In this document: piece after piece, positions 57,482-64,000 of the stretch | How positions within the stretch are numbered: the first letter of the stretch is position 1 | Layout of the letters: every line of letters begins with the position of its first letter | Source: an uncultured Chlamydiae bacterium | GTDB lineage: Bacteria > Chlamydiota > Chlamydiia > Chlamydiales > SM23-39 | Length of the DNA: 64,000 bases | Direction of reading: 5' to 3' | Assembly: GCA_963828125.1 (NCBI GenBank) | Contig: CAWHDP010000002.1 | Location: 1,504,001 to 1,568,000, forward strand | Notes under the pieces: generated by a model | What the model was told of the DNA's origin: nothing | Databases searched by the model: none | Seen by the model: the letters and a program-made list of their open reading frames with translations, nothing else | Made by a program: the position numbers and the translations under genes

Positions 57482-57531
57482 TTTATAGCTTCCTCGCGAT
57501 TTGCAAAATCTGGCGTAACATCTTGAGCGCC

Positions 57532-57565
57532 TTTTCTCGCGTCTGTGTGAAACATGCGGGCTAAT
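57532..57565. repeat. Repeat family C, second copy
   Basis: TTTTCTCGCGTCTGTGTGAAACATGCGGGCTAAT. Confidence 0.85.
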
Positions 57566-58025
57566 CGTGTTCGCTCTCGCCGTCGCTATGGTGATGTTTG
57601 TGCGGCTTATTTTCATTGATGATCTGGGCGTGCCGGACATAATAATGGTACGACGTCCCCGCGAGAAGGCCCAAGCAGCCAAATAAAACAAATGGGATGA
57701 ATAGGGCGACTACGATATTCACAATGCCCAGGATCATCTGCGTCATCTTCTCTTGCTGCGAGGCAAAACTATAATACTGCTTCAATGTCCTCTCAATGGG
57801 CGCTGGAAAAAAAATCCCGAGAATCATCCCAAGCGCAATAAAACTAATGGTCATCTTAGGGCCTGTGAAAAAATCATACATACTTGAAACAGAGCCGATT
57901 AAAATAGCCAGGACGCTAAATACCTCGGTTGCATATTTCCTCGCGAAATCCTCTACTTCTTGGACAGAGACGCCCTCTTTCATTTTATTCATGAACCTTT
58001 TTACCATAAGACTCTCCTCATCCAA
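57561..58025 (-). CDS. Hypothetical membrane protein with His-rich tail
   Basis: Four hydrophobic segments; HKHHHSDGESEHD tail; start uncertain. Confidence 0.75.
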   Translation of the reverse strand: MDEESLMVKRFMNKMKEGVSVQEVEDFARKYATEVFSVLAILIGSVSSMYDFFTGPKMTISFIALGMILGIFFPAPIERTLKQYYSFASQQEKMTQMILGIVNIVVALFIPFVLFGCLGLLAGTSYHYYVRHAQIINENKPHKHHHSDGESEHD

Positions 58026-58135
58026 ACAGGTATATAACCAGATTTAATACGATATTCTAATTATTTGCAATCATCGTTGAAGGTTCATTGATTTTTAAGG
58101 CCGATCGATCCATACTTCCCCTTTTGAAGGAATCT

Positions 58136-59320
58136 ATGGCTCGGCTCGGCATCACCCATTTCTATCCGGAGCGGATCGTTTGGATCGGCGCGGCCGTTTT
58201 AAGTCTGGGCGTTTTGTTGTGCATCCCCTTTTTGTGGAGCGCGAAGGTGGATCTCTCTCCGTTTGTATTCGTCCGGAAGAAGGAAAAGAAGAACGGCCCG
58301 TCCCCTTGCCAATTCTCCCTCGGGCTTAGCGGTCAGGGGCCCGGTTTGTCGATCCCCGATCTGAGAGACGAGATGACCTTCTCGTTCGATCCGCCAAGAC
58401 CGGATGGGGAGAGTCTTGGGAAACGGCTTTTAGTCCGGATGAAACAGAGCGCCGAATCGAAAAGGGTCGTTTTGCCTTGTAGGTTGGATCTTGAGTTTCA
58501 GGGGGATCTGCTGAAGTTTAGCAAGGAGAAATCCCTTTTCTGGGTCGACTTGGAGCTGACGGGAAATGGAGAGATTGAGGGGAAGGGGGCGATTGCGACT
58601 CTCGAGGGAGAGCGAATCGAGGCGGGGGGGTTCACGATATCTGGGGAGGAGTGTCCGATTCAAGGGGCGCAGGAATTTGCGGAGGGCTCCCCTTTCCGCT
58701 TACTGGCTGAGGCCCGCTGGTGGGGGCGCGATCAGTTTCGGGGGGACGCCGCATCGGGCGAGCGGATCGAGATTGGCGCAGATTTGATTGAGGTGCGCGA
58801 GGGCGATTGGCTCGTTTGGGAAAATGGGAAATGGGAGAAAAAAATTTCGTCCGAACGAGATAGCCCAATGGCCCGGATTCAATCGAGTTCGGCTAAGGCG
58901 ATTATTCTAGAGGGTTGGGAGTCAGATGGATATACGCGGATTGCGCTGAACTCTAGCATAGGCCCCCCTTTTAAGGTCAAGGGTGAAGATCTCTTCGGCT
59001 CACTCCGGGTTCGCTCCGAAAAGCAGATCAGTTGCACGCTCGAAAAACAGTGCATGGTCTTGAAAATGGGAGACTGGGTCTTGAAAATGGACGGTCGTTG
59101 GAAGATTTTGCGCAAAAAAGAGGAGAGAGACGCTTTTTTAAATGGGAAATTGTTCGGCGAATTGTTTATCCTAGAGCAAATTTCCCAACGGCAAGGACAG
59201 AAAATGATTCAAGGACGTCTTTTCAACCCCGGCAGAACTCAGGTGGTTTTGATTGAAATGGCAGCCCAATCGGGTCGAAAAATAGAACAAAAAGGGCAAC
59301 GCAAAGGAAAGTTGCAATGA
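58136..59320 (+). CDS. Chlamydial hypothetical protein heading the gsp operon
   Basis: N-terminal TM; ATGA overlap with gspD; start uncertain (58088 or 58136). Confidence 0.78.
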   Translation: MARLGITHFYPERIVWIGAAVLSLGVLLCIPFLWSAKVDLSPFVFVRKKEKKNGPSPCQFSLGLSGQGPGLSIPDLRDEMTFSFDPPRPDGESLGKRLLVRMKQSAESKRVVLPCRLDLEFQGDLLKFSKEKSLFWVDLELTGNGEIEGKGAIATLEGERIEAGGFTISGEECPIQGAQEFAEGSPFRLLAEARWWGRDQFRGDAASGERIEIGADLIEVREGDWLVWENGKWEKKISSERDSPMARIQSSSAKAIILEGWESDGYTRIALNSSIGPPFKVKGEDLFGSLRVRSEKQISCTLEKQCMVLKMGDWVLKMDGRWKILRKKEERDAFLNGKLFGELFILEQISQRQGQKMIQGRLFNPGRTQVVLIEMAAQSGRKIEQKGQRKGKLQ

Positions 59321-61629
59321 GGGGTTTTTTTTTCTTTGCCATTTGCTCTCTATCGACAGTAGGGCCTCTCAGCGCCGATATCGATGGCGCTATCGCTTTT
59401 AATGAATCGCTCAGCCAGCTCAAGGTCGAGCTGCAGCATACGTTCGAGCAGGTAGGACGTCTCGCAGAAGGAGACGCCGGCGACAAAGAATATCGGGAAT
59501 TACTCGAGAGCGTCCGCTCGACGAGGGAAAAAATACGGCTTCTGGAAGAGGGTTGGCGGAAGTCCTCCGTCGAAGAGATCGCGCAGAACGATGAGCCCTA
59601 TGCCATGTGGGATATGGGAGAGACGACCCTTTCCCAACTGATCATGGAATATGGGGCTACCGATTTTCTCTATGTGATTCCACAGGAATTGAGCGGGATG
59701 AAGATCAGTTTATTTACCGGAATTCCGCTGCCGCATGAATCATGGAGCGAAATGATCGACATGATCCTGGTTCAGAACGGGATCGGCGCCAAACGGCTCA
59801 ACCCCTTTGTAAAGCAGCTTTACATTTTAAAACTCGATCCGTCTGCCATTGAGGCTGTTGTCGCTAAAGAGTCTGATTTACAGCTCTTTGCAAGCCATGC
59901 GCGCCTCTTTTACGTCTTCTCGCCGCCTCCTGAGCAGCTTAAATCGATCCAATCGTTTTTCGAGCGGTTTTCCGATCCGAAGCAGACGCTGATTCAGGCG
60001 ATCGGCTCGAAGGTGGCGATTGTTTCGGCGCGGGAGACGGTCGAAAAACTGATCAATCTTTATCACGGAGTGTGGGAACAAAACCAGGGCAAGGTGGTCC
60101 GGATCGTCAGTTCGATCAAGATTTTGCCCCAAGAGGCGGAAAAGATTTTAAAGGCGGTCTTTGCTGACACCGGAACCAAAAATCGGCCGACTTACTATCC
60201 GACGGGGGCTGATGAATTATCGACGATGGTGCTCCCTCAGGGGTTGGTGTTGATTGGGGAAAACGAGACGGTAGAGCGGGCGCAAAAAATTTTAGCCGAT
60301 ATGGAGGCGCAGCTTGAAGATCCGGGAGAAAAGGTGATTTTTTGGTACACCTGCAAGCACTCCAATCCGGAAGATATTGCAGAGGTGTTGGAGCAGGTCT
60401 ACGATTCTCTCATTGGTTCGGGATTTGAAAAGAAGAGCGAGGGGGGAGCCGCGCCGCTCCAACAGATCCAGCCGCCGCAGACTTCTCCGAACGGAGCCAT
60501 CCCTTCGGGCAATCCGGAAAATCCGTTCCCCCTCCCTTATCTTTCTCCTGGGCCAGGCTATAATCCGGTTTTACCTGCGACAGCGCCGTTTGTTCAACCG
60601 GGGGTTTACGACAAAGAGCAGAGAACCTCATTCGGTCATTTTATTGTCGACAATAAGACCACTTCGATTTTGATGGTGGTTCGGCGCGAGGAGCTGGCAA
60701 AGATCAAGACGCTCCTCAAAAAACTCGATGTGCCGAAGAGGATGGTACAGCTTGATGTGTTGCTGGTAGAGAAAAAATTCAGGGACAATCGGGAGATTGG
60801 GTTCAGCCTTTTACAACTCGGGACGAATGCGAGCCACAGGAAAGAGACGTCGATCGATTACTCGGCTTCCGATGACCGTGGATTTTGCAATGGGTTGTTC
60901 AGCTTTATCTTCAGCAGGGATAAGAGCCACAAGTTTCCAGCGGCTGACATGAGATTCAATTTTTTGCTTGCTCAAGAAGACGTCCGGATCAAGGCGAACC
61001 CTTCCGTCTTGGCGATCAATCAAACTGAGGCGCAAATTTCGATCGTCGAGGAAATTTCGATCAATAATGGGGCCTTTCCATTCAATTCGCCGACGGGGAC
61101 GATTATCCAAGATTCCTATACGCGGGCGCAATATGGAATCACGATCATTTTGACGCCGACGATCCATCTTCCCGATGAGGAGGGGGGCCCCGGTTTCATC
61201 TCCATGGATACCGATTTGGAGTTCGATACGACGAAAATTCTCACCGCAGACAACCGCCCTCCAGTGACGCGGCGGAGCATCAAAAACCAGGTGCGGGTGG
61301 CCGATGGAGAGACGGTCATTCTTGGAGGGTTAAGACAGCAAATCGAGGAAGATACACGGGAAAAAATGCCCTTTCTCGGAGACCTTCCCGGCATCGGCAA
61401 GCTGTTCGGCACCGCAAGATCAAGAGACATCAGCACCGAGATGTTCATCTTCATCACTCCAAAAATCATTAAAGATCCGGTGGACGATCTCCGGTGCATC
61501 CGGCAGGAGGAGTATCAAAAACGGGCTGGCGATATTCCTGAATTTTTACAATGCATTGACGATGCAAAAGACCATGAGCGGAAAAAAATGTTCCGTCAAA
61601 GTTTAAAACTCCTTTTTGATATGTATTGA
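59317..61629 (+). CDS. gspD: Type II secretion secretin
   Basis: LDVPKRMVQLDVLLVE, VRVADGETVILGGL, PFLGDLPGIG.LF, IFITP.I. Confidence 0.93.
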   Translation: MRGFFFFAICSLSTVGPLSADIDGAIAFNESLSQLKVELQHTFEQVGRLAEGDAGDKEYRELLESVRSTREKIRLLEEGWRKSSVEEIAQNDEPYAMWDMGETTLSQLIMEYGATDFLYVIPQELSGMKISLFTGIPLPHESWSEMIDMILVQNGIGAKRLNPFVKQLYILKLDPSAIEAVVAKESDLQLFASHARLFYVFSPPPEQLKSIQSFFERFSDPKQTLIQAIGSKVAIVSARETVEKLINLYHGVWEQNQGKVVRIVSSIKILPQEAEKILKAVFADTGTKNRPTYYPTGADELSTMVLPQGLVLIGENETVERAQKILADMEAQLEDPGEKVIFWYTCKHSNPEDIAEVLEQVYDSLIGSGFEKKSEGGAAPLQQIQPPQTSPNGAIPSGNPENPFPLPYLSPGPGYNPVLPATAPFVQPGVYDKEQRTSFGHFIVDNKTTSILMVVRREELAKIKTLLKKLDVPKRMVQLDVLLVEKKFRDNREIGFSLLQLGTNASHRKETSIDYSASDDRGFCNGLFSFIFSRDKSHKFPAADMRFNFLLAQEDVRIKANPSVLAINQTEAQISIVEEISINNGAFPFNSPTGTIIQDSYTRAQYGITIILTPTIHLPDEEGGPGFISMDTDLEFDTTKILTADNRPPVTRRSIKNQVRVADGETVILGGLRQQIEEDTREKMPFLGDLPGIGKLFGTARSRDISTEMFIFITPKIIKDPVDDLRCIRQEEYQKRAGDIPEFLQCIDDAKDHERKKMFRQSLKLLFDMY

Positions 61630-61630
61630 A

Positions 61631-63184
61631 ATGGATAACAATCAGGCGCTTGCGGAAAAATTTGGCCTTACAGTTGCGAAAGAGATCGCCCATTTCTCCC
61701 TCGTTCGCGATCGGGTGGCGATCATCCCCTATCTGTTTGCTAAGCAGAAACGGCTTTTGCCTCTCGAACAAGACGAGCGAAGAGTCACTGTTGCGATTGC
61801 CGATCCGCTGGATATTGAATCGATCGAGGAACTCCGGCTGATTTTAAAAAAGGCGATCTATCCGATCTATTGCCCCATCGAGGCGATTGAAGCGGGGATT
61901 GAGCAGTGCTATCACCAAAAAGAGGATGAGACGAAGCGGATTTTTACCGATCTCGATACGGGAGCTGTGTCTGAAGAGAAGGAGAGCGCTGAAGGGTATG
62001 ATCTTTTAGAGCGGGCCGATCAAAACCCGGTCATCCGGATGGTCAACGCAATGTTGATCGAAGCGATTCAGCAGGGGGCCTCCGATATCCATTTTGAGCC
62101 GGCAGAAGAGGGCCTTGTCGTCCGCTATCGGATCGACGGGTGTCTGCAAAAACGGCACATGCCGCCTCGGGAATATCAAATCCAAATTCTGACGCGGATC
62201 AAGGTGATGTGCAAAATGGACATCGCTGAGCACCGGCTGCCCCAGGATGGCCGGATCAAGTTGCGCCACGGAGGGAGGGAGATCGATTTCAGGGTGAGCA
62301 CTTTGCCCATCGTCCATGGCGAGCGGATCGTTCTCCGGATCTTGGATAAAGGGAATGTGCTCCTTGGGTTAGATCGGATCGGAATGGATGAAAAAGTGTT
62401 AAAATCGTTCCGCAAACTCGTTCAGACGCCTGAGGGGATTGTGTTAGTGACAGGTCCGACGGGGAGCGGCAAGACGACAACGCTCTATAGCGCAATTGGA
62501 GAGATCAATGATAGCGAAACCAACATCATCACAGTGGAAGATCCGGTCGAATATAAACTAGCTGGCATCTCCCAGATGAATGTCAATCCGCGGATTGAAC
62601 TGACTTTTGCCAAAGGGCTCAGGCATATTTTACGGCAAGATCCCGATATCATTATGATTGGGGAAATCCGCGACCGGGAGACGGCTGAGATCGCCATTCA
62701 AGCCTCTTTGACGGGCCATTTAGTTCTGAGCACCCTTCACACCAATGACGCCCCCTCTGCGCTCACTCGCCTTGCCGACATGGGGATCGAGCCCTATCTC
62801 CTCGCCTCTTCGATTCTCGGCGTTTTAGCTCAGAGATTGGTTCGGCAAATTTGCTCTCATTGCAAGGTGGAATACGCCCCTTCGGAACAAGAGAGGGAAG
62901 AATTGGGATTGAGGCGAGCCGGTTTTTTGTACAAAGGGACGGGGTGCAGCTGCTGTTTTCAGACCGGCTACAAAGGGCGCCACCCGATTTACGAGCTGAT
63001 GCCAGTCAGCGGGAAAATCAAACTCCAGGTGTTGAAGAGCCAAGATGCGCAAGAGCTGAGGAAAGTGGCTTTGGCCGAGGGGATGAAATCGCTCTTTGAA
63101 CAGGGGCTCGAACTCATTGAAAAAGGGATCACGACAAGCGCCGAGCTATTGCGGGTGACGAGGATCGATCAAGGAGAGTTGTGA
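61631..63184 (+). CDS. gspE: Type II secretion ATPase
   Basis: ASDIHFEP, RLPQDGR, GPTGSGKTTT, LRQDPDIIMIGEIRD, Cys knuckle. Confidence 0.96.
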   Translation: MDNNQALAEKFGLTVAKEIAHFSLVRDRVAIIPYLFAKQKRLLPLEQDERRVTVAIADPLDIESIEELRLILKKAIYPIYCPIEAIEAGIEQCYHQKEDETKRIFTDLDTGAVSEEKESAEGYDLLERADQNPVIRMVNAMLIEAIQQGASDIHFEPAEEGLVVRYRIDGCLQKRHMPPREYQIQILTRIKVMCKMDIAEHRLPQDGRIKLRHGGREIDFRVSTLPIVHGERIVLRILDKGNVLLGLDRIGMDEKVLKSFRKLVQTPEGIVLVTGPTGSGKTTTLYSAIGEINDSETNIITVEDPVEYKLAGISQMNVNPRIELTFAKGLRHILRQDPDIIMIGEIRDRETAEIAIQASLTGHLVLSTLHTNDAPSALTRLADMGIEPYLLASSILGVLAQRLVRQICSHCKVEYAPSEQEREELGLRRAGFLYKGTGCSCCFQTGYKGRHPIYELMPVSGKIKLQVLKSQDAQELRKVALAEGMKSLFEQGLELIEKGITTSAELLRVTRIDQGEL

Positions 63185-64000
63185 TGCCGTTTTACGAGTA
63201 CAGCGCCGTCTCTGAAAAGGGGAAAAAATACAAAGCGACGATCGATGCGGAGAGTTTGCAAGAGGCCAAGCTGAAACTGATTCGGCGGCAAATTGCCGTC
63301 CTCCAGATCGGCGTGTTGAATGAAAAGCAGATGCGAGGCCATCTCTGCAAAAACGATGTGCTCAATTTGACCCGGGAAATTGGCCGCCTTTTATACGCAG
63401 GCCTCCCCCTCTTTGAGGCGCTCGCCGCTTTGGAGGAGAAATACCGAGGCCAAAAAGGGCACCGGATCCTCCTCAACCTCTGCGAGCAGGTTCGAAGCGG
63501 TTATTCTTTTTCAGAGGCGCTCGCGCGCCACCCCCAAACGTTCGATCTTCTCTATGTTTCGATGGTGGCCAACTCGGAAAAAACGGGCCGTCTCAATGAG
63601 GCGCTCGGAGAAATTGCCGAATTATTGAACCGGCAACAACAGGTGCGGAAACAAATCCTCTCCGCCCTTCTCTATCCGGCCCTTCTAAGCGGTTTTTGCC
63701 TCGTCGTCCTCTCTTCGCTCCTTTTTTATGTGATCCCTTCGTTGAAAGAGCTCTTCGATGGGAGAGATCTCCACCCGTTTACCCGTCTCGTATTCGCGAC
63801 GAGTCAATTCGCTTGCAATGCAAAGGGGATTTTAGCCGCTCTATTTGCCGCTATGACTTCGCTCACGATCGCCGCCTTTTTTTCTCCTCGATGGAAAAAA
63901 AAGTTGTTCTCAATGGTTCTGCAGCTCCCCTTTTTTAAAGGGCTGTTTGTCAAAGTGGCTCTGACCCGATTTTGCAGGGCCTGCGCCACCCTTTTAGAGG
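63184..64000 (+). CDS. gspF: Type II secretion platform protein, truncated by the window edge
   Basis: MPFYEYSAVSEKGKK...AGLPLFEAL...G.SFSEALA.HP.TF..LY..MV...EKTG.L...LLYP. Confidence 0.92.
   Translation, partial: MPFYEYSAVSEKGKKYKATIDAESLQEAKLKLIRRQIAVLQIGVLNEKQMRGHLCKNDVLNLTREIGRLLYAGLPLFEALAALEEKYRGQKGHRILLNLCEQVRSGYSFSEALARHPQTFDLLYVSMVANSEKTGRLNEALGEIAELLNRQQQVRKQILSALLYPALLSGFCLVVLSSLLFYVIPSLKELFDGRDLHPFTRLVFATSQFACNAKGILAALFAAMTSLTIAAFFSPRWKKKLFSMVLQLPFFKGLFVKVALTRFCRACATLLE

Noticed and set aside
1..64000. tRNA, rRNA or integron attC arrays
   Set aside because: None recognised by eye; tRNAscan-SE, Infernal and IntegronFinder would be needed to exclude them formally.

Overview
Chromosomal segment of an environmental chlamydia (phylum Chlamydiota), inferred from the topA-SWIB fusion, the ispA/glmU-like pair, the chlamydial gspD-gspE-gspF block and an Inc-like gene. 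Left end (1-5 kb): truncated AlbA_2/ATPase gene, IS relics, a 23-aa LRR protein and an autotransporter with a repeat passenger. 5-18 kb: complete ArgR-controlled arginine biosynthesis divergon (argR; carA, carB-argF fusion, argG, argH; argCJBD). Its first cistron is an unannotated 59-codon ORF that is a diverged copy of the CarA N-terminus. About 20.2-20.4 kb: candidate oriC. 20.5-25.7 kb: a 5.2-kb cargo element bounded by IS5-type ends, carrying an IS110, a yhcG-like nuclease, an APH(9)-GNAT fusion and gene fragments; a 673-bp element with the same ends sits at 53.9 kb. 25.8-39.7 kb: surface polysaccharide locus (asnB-like, wecBC, wzm/wzt, GT4s, manC). The remainder holds glpFKD, putative effectors, an O-antigen ligase-like gene, topA, a Kdo hydroxylase operon, GH18, mutY and T2SS genes. 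At least three small repeat families are present. No tRNA, rRNA or CRISPR array was seen. All assignments come from manual motif recognition; no searches were run.
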